Made by a program: the position numbers and the translations under genes. Below, piece by piece: positions 14,292-25,796 of a stretch of 64,000 bases of DNA; positions within the stretch are counted from its first letter, which is position 1, and the number at the start of each line of letters is the position of its first letter. Origin of the DNA: Takakia lepidozioides (taxonomy: Eukaryota > Plantae > Bryophyta); the NCBI GenBank assembly GCA_030704615.1, contig CM060733.1, positions 50,902,001-50,966,000 of the forward strand. The letters run 5' to 3'. The notes below the pieces were generated by a model that worked only from the letters and a program-made list of their open reading frames with translations, was not told the DNA's origin and did not search any database.

Positions 14292-15699
14292 GTCCCCTGC
14301 ACTAGAAGTCTTGAATCGGCCAGCAATATTACCAAGATCAGCTCTGCTGCATGTCTGTGAAGCTCCAAACCACAATCCGAGCCAAGCCGCAACATTCATC
14401 TATAAGCCGAGTAAATCTGGTGGGGACTGATCAGGCTTGAAGCTCAACTTTCAAATTATTCAACGATTGTTCCGAGTTCTGGATCGAAGTTGTGAGCCAT
14501 AAGCTACAGATTGACGTTTTTCTTAGCTCGGTTTACAGATTCATGTGCATGACATAATAATGATCCGGTTGATGAAATTCTATAATAAACCGCATCTTCA
14601 TTGCAGACATTTAAGACCTTCCATAAAAAGCAACAGACATTTTAGTCAGACATTTTATTTCTATTTTTATTTTTTATTTTTTTATTTTTTTGAAGAACAG
14701 GGACAAAGGCCCTGGAAATTTATTAAAGGATGGATGAAGGTACAATGAAGTGGAAAAATAAACCACCCTGGGGCCGTGAAGGCTTACTCGTAACCTAATT
14801 TTTCAATGCCATCCAGTTCCATGGTATTAGAATATTCAAAACAATTAATATCCGTTGGTTATCAAAGTGTGATCGGCCATTCGTATTCCAATTGTAAAAC
14901 CAGCCCCTTACCAATCCGGTTATAAATAATTTAATTCAATTTATTAAACAACAAATGGTGGAATTTAATTGGAAGTGGTAGCCAGAGCATTGGTCCTATT
15001 TATAAGCATACATGATTTCCCAAGGGAAATAAAGTTTCAGTTGCTAATAAAGCCCTTTGCATTGTACGTATGCATATATTGTAGATATATGTAAAATCAA
15101 GAGAAATCAATTAGGAAGATCGGTTTACAGTCTCATTGTCCAACATGGCCAAATCTGCAATGCGGAGATTCTTCTCATCCATCATGTTAGGTATATAAAA
15201 ATGTCTTGATCAAGGAAGGACAAGGTAGTGGGGCCTTGGGGCTGTATCAACATTGGTTGATACTATACCATGTGCATGGTCCTTGCTTTTACGGAGTATT
15301 GCGGTTGTCAAATATACCAGCCTAAATAGGGTATTGACCTAGGTATTGCAAGTGGGTTCTGGTTCTTAATCTTAGTATTACAAAAGTAGATACCAGCTTG
15401 GTTGGTAGATATGCGGCCAAGCTCTATATACCAGTCCAACACTGAACGGATCGCCCAAACTATTTTTTGCATTAAAGTAGTTGTGGACACACAAGCCTTA
15501 ACATTGTCACTATGATACTACCTACCCAAGAAAGAGAAGACTCCGGAGCCGGCCGTAACTAAGAGCCACTTCGCCTCACCACTAGTGCCTCTTTCGGGGG
15601 TGGGCCCTACCCCACCTGAATTATCTTCCACCCTATGAGCATCCAACACATGGCCAATTCGTTAGGACACATGGCCGCCTTACAAGTGGTTGAGGTTTG

Positions 15700-16870
15700 A
15701 AAGCCACATTATAGGTGTATGCTGGATGTCACCCATTATGGCCACTCAAGCTATAAAAAAATGGACTTCTATGTGCATGTTGTGCAACAAGAATCATTGA
15801 AAGCCTGGAACAGTGTCTTATACACTATCATGCTCCAGTCACTATATGGCCTCACTATATGGCCTCTTGTCAAAAACTTCTACTTTAACTGGAACCTAGA
15901 CGTCTCTTGACCCATGTCAAAGATGTCAACTATGATCCCAATACCAAATCCACAGCGATTACCTGCCCTTTCTTCAAAACAATTGAAACTGGAACCCAGA
16001 CGTCTCTTGACCCACATACTTTGTGGCATCTTTGGAAGGCACGATGCACCATAACCTTCTCCGGGGAAACAACATCTACATCTACTCTACTTAGAGCATC
16101 TCCAATAGTGTCCCGCCATCGGCCCCGCCAAGCTGCCCATGGCGGGGAGTTTGGCGGAAGGACGTCCACCGGGGTCACGCTTAATCCAGCGCCAAGGTAG
16201 GCTGGCCAATCTGCGGAAGCCACGTGGTGGCTCCAGGCTGCGCCACACCAGCTATTCCTATCCCCAAAAGCAAGAGCGCGTTCTTCATAACTCTGCGCGA
16301 TGTGCACGCACCCGACTTGCTCCCCAGTCCTTGGGCATGCACGTGCACACTTGGCGGAGGTTTGGAGAGGTACGCCAAAGATGTAAAATATGGCGTACCC
16401 CCTACCCTTGGCGTAGGTCCCTCCGCGCCAAATAGAGTGTTGGCAGGGTATGGTGGGTCACGATCCGGAAAACGCCATGCCAAAATGGCGTTGGAAATGG
16501 CATGGCGTACCTACGTTGGGGGTGCTCTTACTTGCTTTTTTTATGATCTTGGTACTAAATCCAGAAAGGCCTGGGCAAAACTTTGTGCAAATATCAAGCG
16601 GAACCCTCAAATCGCAGCAGCCAGCCATGATACATTCCGCTCCACCTGGGGGAATCAGGGCCTCATCTGCTATAGTGAATCACCAGACTCCTGCATCTGG
16701 ACCGACTTGCCACCACCCTCTTGGACAGGACTTCATGCAACACTCCGCCGCGTCCCCCGAGTTCGAACATGTCATTAATTGGAAACATTTCCACAAAAGC
16801 CTCGCGGCTTCACTATACATAGGGATCAGTCCTACCTTGAGTAGGCATTCTTTTTTTGGCAAAAAAAAAG
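15700..16870 (+). pseudogene. Degenerate L1-type LINE 3' fragment (zf-RVT/C-terminal region), interrupted by a GC-rich insert at ~16.1-16.7 kb
   Basis: TLWHLWKARCTITF and IWTDL resemble plant L1 ORF2 C-terminal motifs; an A-rich tail lies at ~16860. Confidence 0.4.
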
Positions 16871-17247
16871 TTGGCCTGCGACACCCCTATGCAAGGTAGA
16901 GACAAGTCGTATCTCCTAGCTTGGCACAAAGGGCTAGCAAAGCAACATATAGACCAAAACAAAAGGGAGGTAAATGGAGGTTTCATTCAAGTGTCACCTG
17001 CTAAACATGAACCCGTGAAAAGAATGGATAGTCACTTCTCATGAGACAGCAATGGATATCACGTCCACAATGGTAAAATCTAGCCAACGAGCTCAAGTCA
17101 CAGTTCTTATGTTCAAATGTTCGTGCATCGTCTCTCCAAGGTTGTGCATCATCTGAAGTATGCAGTAGCCCCAGCTGACCTCACATCAAAAAACTTGTCT
17201 CAAGTGTACTGCCATGTTTATAGACTTTGAACATTGAAGGCTTGGAA

Positions 17248-17750
17248 TGTCACGACCCTTTGCCTTGAGGGCAGGGGGTCGGGACACAAGAGGGGCTGCC
17301 CCTGTGGTGGGGGCAGTTGCAACAATAGGTACGGGGGCTGAAGCACCATTGAGTGCCTTGGGCACTCAAGGAGGCGGAGGCGCTCACTAGGCGGAGCCCC
17401 GCACACCGGGTTGCGGTGGGAGTGGTTCCACGAGGGGTGGTGGTAGCTTAGTGGGTCTTAGTGGGGGTGGCATAGGACTCACCATGGGGCAGAGACCTTG
17501 TGGTGGGAGTCATGGGGAGTCTTGGGACTCATCACAGTCCAATGGGGCCGTGGTGGGTGGGCGTGGACTCACCGCGACTCATCACCGAGAATCAAGGGTC
17601 TTGTGGAGGAGCAAATGGGGACCGTTATGTCCCGGTGAGCAGCCAAAGCTCCGAGTTGGCCCGGCAGCCAGTTTGGGAGTTAGGCGCGGGCATCAAAGCG
17701 TCAAGTAACTATGACATGAAGGGGAGCTTACCGAAGTGAGGTGCGCGATG
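17248..17750 (+). repeat. 5' LTR of the outer chromovirus
   Basis: Starts TGTCAC and is homologous to 37731-38448, but lacks a ~210-bp segment present in the 3' LTR (~38085-38310). Confidence 0.9.
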
Positions 17751-17752
17751 CT

Positions 17753-17764
17753 TGGTATCAGAGC
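17753..17764 (+). promoter_or_regulatory. Primer binding site complementary to initiator tRNA-Met
   Basis: TGGTATCAGAGC immediately after the 5' LTR. Confidence 0.9.
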
Positions 17765-17805
17765 TTAGAGTTCAGTACGCGATCGTACTTGAGATCGGCC
17801 TCATC

Positions 17806-20800
17806 ATGGGGTCGGGCAAGACAAAGCGAAAGCGGAACGGCCTGAAAGATGATGATCCTGGTGAGCCCGGTGGAGGCAACGTGTCACCGAAGCGGCAATT
17901 GGAAGAGGCGATTTATGCTTCTGAAAGCGAGGCCGCTCAAGAATAGGAGGAATCTGGGAAGTCGGAGACCGAGGACTTCCCGGAGGCTCCGGCAGATCAA
18001 CAGATGTCTCCCATGCCAGCAGCCTTTTGGGAAGGGTTGTTGGCGCAGTTTGGCGGGACGTTGAAAGACGTGATGAGAGCGGCTAATGCCACTTCCACTA
18101 AGGCAAAGTTTAAGGTGAAGCCTAAGGAACCCGGCACCTTCGAGGGCGTCCGAAATCGGAAGGCACTCAACACCTAGCTCTTGGAGCTGGAGCAGTACTT
18201 CCGGGCACTACAACAGATTCCAGCTTTACCGTCTGTGACATTTGCCCAGTCGTAGCATATATGTCTACAAAATGCAAGGGGGCAGTCCTAGTTGCCATTT
18301 GTGACCATCAGAAGTCGTATATGCCATCTCGTTCCTCCGCCACGTCAGGATCTGCGGTCAAACACGTTTGACCAGATAGGGGAAGATGGTAGATAAGACT
18401 AGGAGTCATGGCCAAAACTGCAACAGGATGACGTGGGCGTGGGAATGTATGACTGCCAGTATTCACAACTTGCACGTGGCGATTGCCGGTTGCCCAAGGA
18501 GTGTGTACGTGGACGATGCAAACATAAATGGATGAAACATATGTAGGATGTGATTGCAAATGACGACGTGTCAACATATCATTGCTCGCGGGCACTAAGC
18601 CACACCCTAAATGAATGGATGAATGAATGATTAGGATGAATTAGGACGAGTGAACTAGGATGAATTAGGATGAATGTGCTCGAATTTAAGGTTGCAGTGT
18701 TAAGTATGAGGATAATAAGTAGTAAAAATATTTAACTATTGTTTCACTGACCCAACAGATTAACAATAAAACTAATCGACTGCTGGTTAAGGTTAGTGAA
18801 ACAAAACAACTGTATTATCTCAACGAATGATACACAAATGCCTTGCTGGCAACTATCGGATTAATGTATCAAACATAACTTTTGTGCACTGGATGAACGT
18901 ATGAATGAATGATACAACAAACGCCTTGCTGGCAACTATTGGATGAACGTATGAACGAATGATAATGCAAACGCTGAGCTGACAGCAATCGGATGAACTG
19001 ACAGTGAAACTCATTTAAAGAATTATTTTGGATGAATGGATGAAATTAAAATGGCCAAAAGATGGAAAAACAAATGAATGGATGGATGTATTGATGGAAA
19101 ACCCAAAATCCATCCATCTATCGAGGATCTAATTTACATTAGAAAAATTCTATAGATTTTTGGCCAGGTCCAAAAAACTAAAACCCCTTTCCCCTTTCTG
19201 CAGCTATCCCCCCAAAAACTGCATCAAACGAAGCTCATTTGACAAAAATATGACCAACCAGGCTCTTTAAACATAACACCCTTTAAAAAAAATAAACAAA
19301 TACAAGGGAAAATGTATTTTCAATAACTTGTCTTGGCTCCCTGTTCCCTGGTTCCCTAAGAATTCCCTGGACTCATGCCTGGCTCATATCTGAAAAATAA
19401 CGATCTTAGATTCTTAACTCAATCGCTCCACAGTGGAATTACCATGATAAAGGTAATGTCTTATCATCCATCCAGTCATGAGTAGAGGGGACTTAGCGTT
19501 TTTTTGTCTCCCCTGCCATCTGTTTGTTTTCTTTGTGTCGAGTTTGATCGTGAGAGACGACAAACAGGACAGAGCTGTGTTTGCTTTCTTTTAGTGTCGA
19601 GTCTGATCATGAGAGATGTCGAACAAGACGGAGCTATGTTTGTTTTGTTTTAGGGTCGAGTCTGATCATGAGAGACGACGAGCGGAGCTGGTGGGATAGG
19701 GGGCAGACAGGGACTCAAACCCTAGAATCGGGGCATGAAGAAATCCGTCCTGTGCGAAATCATTTCCAACTCGGCATGATGCGAGGCCTCTCGTATGAGC
19801 CAAGCGAGAGGATAGGGCCTTGCGTATGGGGTGGGTGTGCAGGAGGGTATGTCTTGTGCAAATGTGTGAATTTTGCTTTGTTTGCCCTTGTTTTCTCTCA
19901 CTAAAGTCGGAAGCAGGTTTGCTCGTCTTGGTTTCAGTAAAGGAGTTGGGTTGTCATCCGTTCGAAGCGAGGCGTTGGGTTGTCAGCCGTCATTGGCAGC
20001 CGTTCGAAGCAAGGCGAGGATGTATGCGTGATGTGTGCAGAGGCTGGGATAGCTGAAGGAGCAGGGATAGAGTGTGGGTCCAGATTCATCCAATATGGCA
20101 GGATATCAAGCACGATATTATCTGTGATTCCCAGCGGATCAGAGCTACAAGAAACCTGGGCACCTTCTTCTTCGACCTATTTTAGCTTGTGTTGCCCTCT
20201 CTCCAGACTTGGCCCTAAGATGCATATTGAATGCTGTAAGTTAGCTCGATGCTTGTTGATAAGTAGGGTTGGGGGTGTCTCCAGATTACCTATGATTCAT
20301 TGTGGAAGGATAGCTAAAAGAAACCTGCATGGATAGATGGTCAACTGGAAGCCGCAGCAGCAGCGGCACAATTGATAAAATCAAACACTACTAATGAAGG
20401 TAGTGGATTGCTGAATTTCGAGAGATGTCAGTGTATGCATCTTCTGCTCAAGCCTTTGGAAGTCTACATAGACTTTGTAACTTTGTGCATTTTTGTAGCA
20501 GCACCGGATTAGATTATGGAACGGATCTTTGAACATTAAGTCACGTTGTATTTGAATCGATGTTCCAATTTCAAATGTGCTTTCATGTTTCAATGGTGTT
20601 TTCGTGTGCTTTCAATGGTGCTTTCATGTTTCAATGCTGCTAGAGTTAGGCCCATGACTACGGTCATGTACACGACTACCTCCCATCCACAGAGCCTCTG
20701 CCACGTGCCACTTTCACCCCTCGTATTCGCCCATACTCGTGCCACGTGCAGTATCTAGAGTGCGCCATGGAAGTCATATGCTCCAGTCATAACGACCACC

Positions 20801-21848
20801 CCCATCCTGCATAATTTGATTCCACGTGTTATGTCCAGTCTTCTCCACGTGTTGTCCTAGGGTTAATCTGCGGAAGTCATATGCCAGTCGTAAAGACCCT
20901 GTCGCCGTCCCTTTGACGTGACACGTGGCATATCCCTTCCGTTCCACGTGAAGCTGACATGGATTCGTAGTCATTTACTACGGTCTTATCAATGACTATG
21001 ATTAGGCGTCCCCGTTGTCACGTCATCAGTGAGCTCCACGACTGGCAGATACGACTCTATGGCGCTTACGACTCATTTGTCACAACTGACTGGGTTTATC
21101 TGACTAGGCAGTTATGCAGTCATAAAAGGCTGATACGAATGGAAAATAATAGACGTAAAAGCCGGATTTTGTTGTAGTGGGGCGGCCAAGTTGAGTGACG
21201 AGGATCGGGTGGAAGTGGCTCCCACCTATTTGAAGGGCTATGCTCAACAATGGTGGCAAAAACGCCTTCATGACCAAGGTCTAAACCCAGAAACCTTGAG
21301 CTAGAGTGGGTTCAAGGAACTTATGAAAAGACAGTTTGTGCCCCTCAATGCGTCCTGGCTCGCCCGGGACAAGATGAGCAATTTGAAGCAAATGGATGAC
21401 ATTCGGGGATATATTCAGGCTTTCAATGTGCTGTTGCTCGAAGTCGCGGATATGGCAGAACCAGAAATGGTCTTCAATTTTGTGGCAAGACTGGTCCCAT
21501 GGGCCAGGCGGAAGTTGGAGGAGAAGCCACCTAAGACTTTGAACGAGGCAATTGAAAGGGCTGAATGTTTTTCGGATGTCCCTAGGGGCAAAAGACAAGG
21601 CCGCATGGAGCTGAACCACAAGGCGGGAAGGTGACCCCTTCCGACCGGAAAAAAAGTGGGATATGCCACGCGGCGACAATGGCACATAGAAATTGAAGGG
21701 AGGGCCTTCACACGTCAAAGCGGCACTCGGTGCTCCGAAAAGAAAATCAGGTGCGGCGGCTTATGGCGGACAGAAAGCGACCTTCAATGGAGTGTGCTTT
21801 AATTGCGGGGAGCCTGGGCATATGGCCAAGAAGTGCGCGAAACCCTGA
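17806..21848 (+). pseudogene. gag: gag of the outer chromovirus, split by the CACTA insertion (17806-18205 + 21183-21848)
   Basis: KPKEPGTFEG...LEQYF, then after the insert YLKGYAQQWW, FVPLNA..ARDKM..LKQ and the zinc knuckle CFNCGEPGHMAKKC (21795-21836). Contains premature stops. Confidence 0.8.
18206..21179. mobile_element. Non-autonomous CACTA (En/Spm) DNA transposon, copy 1
   Basis: Starts CACTACAACAG and ends TTGTTGTAGTG (~29-bp imperfect TIR), 3-bp TSD GGG, GGATGAA-rich subterminal repeats, no transposase. Homologous to 49818-54055. Confidence 0.92.
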
Positions 21849-21865
21849 CAATTGAATATGACTCG

Positions 21866-21950
21866 TGTCGTGCGCATACATATCGCTACACAACTACATC
21901 GCTGTCCAAACCACACCACACATATATGCACAATAAAGTAGTCTGCCACA
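21866..21950 (-). repeat. Terminal repeat B2 (85 bp) of the inner element
   Basis: Identical to 22317-22401; TG...CA ends. Confidence 0.95.
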
Positions 21951-21960
21951 ATGGGAGGAT

Positions 21961-22314
21961 TGATAAACAAAGCTAAAAAGGACATACACTTCCAACACAA
22001 GAAATATAAAATCCATCGCTATCACTCATTGAAACTGAAGTCGAGCCAGGGGCACCCCAAGCTATGGGGACTCCACCCCACAACAACCTGTATCCCTACA
22101 TAAGCACACTAAAACCTAAACACATGCAGGAGCTCGGTCGCGCAGGCTCAACTCGAGAGAGATGAGCCACGCGACTGCCGCTCTCGTGAAGATAAGATTC
22201 AGGTGTCAAACTAAACTTGACACCTGATTTAACACTTGACCTAAATCCAAGTGTTAAATACAAATAACTAGTTTTATTCTAGTTGTTTTCACACTGTGCT
22301 TATTTAACTTGACA
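21961..22314 (-). repeat. Repeat A2 (354 bp, LTR-like) of the inner element
   Basis: Near-identical to 33001-33357; TG...CA ends. Confidence 0.95.
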
Positions 22315-22316
22315 GC

Positions 22317-22401
22317 TGTCGTGCGCATACATATCGCTACACAACTACATCGCTGTCCAAACCACACCACACATATATGCACAATAAAGTAGTCTGCCAC
22401 A
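22317..22401 (-). repeat. Repeat B1 (85 bp) of the inner element
   Basis: Identical to 21866-21950; joined to A2 through a GC dinucleotide. Confidence 0.95.
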
Positions 22402-22414
22402 ATCGCCCCCCTAG
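22402..22414 (-). promoter_or_regulatory. Polypurine-tract-like plus-strand primer of the inner element
   Basis: The minus strand reads CTAGGGGGGCGAT directly before the TG of B1. Confidence 0.7.
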
Positions 22415-22661
22415 CTGGTGGATAGGTCCCTCTAACTCCAGATAGCTACAAGATGTAATAGCCACAGCCGTACTAAGTCCTCTATCACTGTCCCTATTGT
22501 ACTCAAACTCTATAGACCAAGAGGCCGGGTACAAGAGTAGCCCCATCGTTAGTCGCCGTCTTGCAATCTGTGAACTTGAGCCAGGACCTCGTGTGTTCAA
22601 GGTCTCCTAGTAGCTGGGCCTTGCGTTTCTTGTTAGCCTTCCATGGTTGTATCCACTCCCA

Positions 22662-25600
22662 CTATCCAATGCAATGTGGACATAACCAATCCCCATCCGG
22701 AACCATCTCAAGAGGTGGAGTCAAGCATCCCATATGCCAACCTCTAGAGCATCGATCACACACCAGCATGGTGGCTGCCCCTTTAGCAGACCCACACAAC
22801 ATGCACCTCAAACCTGCAGATACCACTGCCAGGTTTGGGTCAATCCTGCCATCGACATTCGGAAGGTGACATGGCGCACAATTACGCACATGGTCCTTCC
22901 AAGTTATGCCATCCCGACCCTCCAAGACCAAGACGCCTGAGGGCAAGACCTCTCGAACCCTCAAAATAACACGTCCTGCAGTCACATCCAGGGTCGTAGG
23001 AGCAGTCTGCTGCAGATAGACATAGTCACCAGGGTTGAATCTCCGAACCCCAGGACGATAGCCCCCACCACGTATGGTAGCATACCTCAACGTATCACGG
23101 TGTTGTGCAATGGCAAGGTTCTCGAAAGCCATGGGCATGACTCTCTTGAACAACTCTGCACGCTGCTCACATGCACGTGCCCACACGTCCGGATCGTCAA
23201 GGTTAAGAACTGTAGCAGCTTCTCTGCGAATGGATGTAGGCAAATCCGGCTCTCGGCCAAAGAGAAGAAAGTATGGTGAGAAGGAGGCAAGTGATGCTTG
23301 CTTGCTGAACCTGTAGCCCATGGCTAACCAGGGTAACTGAAGGTCCCAATCTCCTAGGTGTCCCTTCTGCAAGCCATACTTGCGCAAACCCCTCTTTACT
23401 GTCTGAACAACTCTCTCTGCCAAGCCATCGGCTTCAGGATGATCCCGAGAAGTGGTGCGGTGGTCTATCAAGGCCTTGTCACACAAAGCCTGAAACTCCC
23501 CCAAGAACTCTCTCCCTTGGTCCGTGAGTACCTCAGCTGGAGCACCGAATCGGCTAAGCACACAATCCAGGAATGCATACGCAGCTCCCTCACTAGCCTT
23601 ATCAGGCAATGGAACCAATTCAATCCACTTGGAGAAGTGCTCCACCATCACCAACACGTACTTGTTGTGGCGCATGGTCAGTGGCAACGGCCCTGCGAAG
23701 TCAAGACTCCACCTGTAGCCCAATCCCATGATCGGAAGAGGGTGCAATTGTGGAGTAGGGGCGTTGAATGAAGCACGCACCCTGTCACACACCATGCACC
23801 TAGCCACAAATTGTTGCACCTCTGTGTGCATACCACGCCACCAATACTGCCCCTGCAGTAGACTATGAGTGCGTCGCACCCCAAAATGCCCCAACTCCTC
23901 ATGGGCATGCCGCACTAACCGTGCCCGCTGTGTTGGGTGAGGCACAATCCTCACTCGACCATCCTCCCACACTCGGAGCAGGTGTGTCCCCTCCCACTTG
24001 AACCTCTTGGCTCGTTGTAGGATCCGATCCCTCTCCTTGGCAGTCATAGTGGCTGCCGTGTCTCCACTGCGGAGGTAGTCCAACACAACTGAATCCTCAT
24101 GTATATCTTTGGCGCCACCCTGCTCATTGCTGGCCTCAGGGTCCTCAGACACTTGATCTACAGTCATCCCTGTTGTAGGTCCAACCTGGCCTTCCGCTGC
24201 CAAGATACACAGAAATGCAGATGCATGCCATCCGGGCACCATCTCCTCGTCCGTCTCACCATGCCACCGAGCTCCAGTGTCATCCTGCTGGCTCGTGCAT
24301 GGATTGCGACTCAACCCATCTGCATTTCGATTGACCAAACCCGGTCGATGCACCACCTGAAAGTCATACTCTTGAAGGATGAGTGCCCACCGTGCAAGCT
24401 TCCCCGTAAGCTTGTCTGACTCCATCAACCACTTGAGTGGTTGGTGATCCGTGACAAGGGTGAAGAGATTGCCGTATAGATAGCACCTGAAGTGTGCCAC
24501 GGCCCACACTGCAGCTAAGCATTCTCCCTCATATGAGCTATACTTAGACTCTGCAGCATTGTTCGAGCGGCTAGCATAAGCCACTACGAACTCTCTTCCC
24601 TCATCATCCACCTGTGTGAGCACCGCTCCAAGCCCCAGCATGCTCCAATCTGTATGCAGCTGAAAAGGACGCCCCCTGATAGGTCGTCTCAAGATGGGCG
24701 CCGAGGTCAACCTCGCCTTGAGCTCTTGAAAAGCTTGTTCTTGCTCATCTTCCCACTGCCACTCCTGGTCCACCTTGGTCAGCTTGGTTAGAGCCTTTGC
24801 AATGGCACTAAATCCCTTAACAAACCGTCTGTAATAGTTTGCTAACCCCATGAAAGCTCGAACTCGGCTCACATCCGTGGGGCGTGGAACCTGTGCAATG
24901 GACTCTACCTTAGTCTGCTGTACCCCCAATCCTCCAGGATATATCATGTGACCCAGATACTCAATCTGGTTGTGGAAAAACTTGCACTTGCCCGGATGTA
25001 ACTTCAATCCGTGCGTCCTCAAGCGCTCAAATACCCCCTGAAGGTGTCTCTCATGCTCCTCCACCGTAGCACTAAAGATGATGATGTCATCTATGTAGCA
25101 CCGAGCAAACTCCACCCCTGCTAGAATCCTGTCCATGACTCTTTGAAACTCAGCGGGAGCGTTTTTAAGCCCAAATGGTAAGAACCGCCACTGGTATAGG
25201 CAATCCTTCCCGTGCTCATTGATCCCCCAGAATGCCGTCTTTTGCTTATCCGCCTCCTTGATCGGCAACTGGTGATATCCGGATCGTAAATCCAACGTGC
25301 TAAAGACCTTGGAATGCCCAATGGCATCAAAGATCTCCTCTGGTGTTGGCATGGCATACCTATCGGACTTGGTCTGACGATTTACAGGCCGGTAATCACC
25401 GCACATACGTCTCTCCGTCCAATTGCCATAGACATCCTTCTTAGCTGGCATCACTGTGGCTGAAGCATACTCTCCACCAGAGAGCTCCACCAAACCTGCC
25501 TCCCAGAGATCTTGAGTCCTCATCTGAATCAAAGACCTCTCCATGTCACTGTATCTATAGGGTCTCCGAAAGATTGGCGTGTCAGTGGCCAACTCAATAC

Positions 25601-25796
25601 GGATCTCTTGACCCTTCAGTGCTCCCAAGTCCTTCAAACTGAAGGCAAAGCAATTCCTGTAAGCCCTCAGGAACCGCCGTATACGTCGTCTCTCTCCTCC
25701 GGTGACAATGGGTCCAATGTCAGGCTCCCAATTGTCCTCCGTAACTGCAACCTTAAGTCCAGTGGGCTTAGAGGTAGAGGACGCGTCCCGTGGTTG
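22662..25796 (-). CDS. pol: Pol: reverse transcriptase - RNase H - DDE integrase - C-terminal PHD finger (open frame starts right after the TAG at 25797-25799)
   Basis: RT motifs LDLRSGYHQ, LPFGLKNAP and YIDD; RNase H LHTDWS, ECLA, TDH; integrase H-H-C-C plus SLDFAG, TDQGREF, GLAER; PHD C4HC3 CMLC..CDRC..WHMGC..WLCPHC. Confidence 0.95.
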   Translation of the reverse strand, partial: QPRDASSTSKPTGLKVAVTEDNWEPDIGPIVTGGERRRIRRFLRAYRNCFAFSLKDLGALKGQEIRIELATDTPIFRRPYRYSDMERSLIQMRTQDLWEAGLVELSGGEYASATVMPAKKDVYGNWTERRMCGDYRPVNRQTKSDRYAMPTPEEIFDAIGHSKVFSTLDLRSGYHQLPIKEADKQKTAFWGINEHGKDCLYQWRFLPFGLKNAPAEFQRVMDRILAGVEFARCYIDDIIIFSATVEEHERHLQGVFERLRTHGLKLHPGKCKFFHNQIEYLGHMIYPGGLGVQQTKVESIAQVPRPTDVSRVRAFMGLANYYRRFVKGFSAIAKALTKLTKVDQEWQWEDEQEQAFQELKARLTSAPILRRPIRGRPFQLHTDWSMLGLGAVLTQVDDEGREFVVAYASRSNNAAESKYSSYEGECLAAVWAVAHFRCYLYGNLFTLVTDHQPLKWLMESDKLTGKLARWALILQEYDFQVVHRPGLVNRNADGLSRNPCTSQQDDTGARWHGETDEEMVPGWHASAFLCILAAEGQVGPTTGMTVDQVSEDPEASNEQGGAKDIHEDSVVLDYLRSGDTAATMTAKERDRILQRAKRFKWEGTHLLRVWEDGRVRIVPHPTQRARLVRHAHEELGHFGVRRTHSLLQGQYWWRGMHTEVQQFVARCMVCDRVRASFNAPTPQLHPLPIMGLGYRWSLDFAGPLPLTMRHNKYVLVMVEHFSKWIELVPLPDKASEGAAYAFLDCVLSRFGAPAEVLTDQGREFLGEFQALCDKALIDHRTTSRDHPEADGLAERVVQTVKRGLRKYGLQKGHLGDWDLQLPWLAMGYRFSKQASLASFSPYFLLFGREPDLPTSIRREAATVLNLDDPDVWARACEQRAELFKRVMPMAFENLAIAQHRDTLRYATIRGGGYRPGVRRFNPGDYVYLQQTAPTTLDVTAGRVILRVREVLPSGVLVLEGRDGITWKDHVRNCAPCHLPNVDGRIDPNLAVVSAGLRCMLCGSAKGAATMLVCDRCSRGWHMGCLTPPLEMVPDGDWLCPHCIG

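Noticed and set aside
14640-14790. T-rich tract plus CCACCYTGGGGCCGTGAAGGCTTACT, shared with ~59410-59523
   Set aside because: Probably the 3' ends of a truncated non-LTR retroelement, but too short to classify or delimit.
16092-16690. Possible Tourist/Harbinger MITE starting TTA|GAGCATCTCCA, and overlapping 100-180 aa ORFs
   Set aside because: No matching right TIR could be found, and the ORFs show no recognisable domains.
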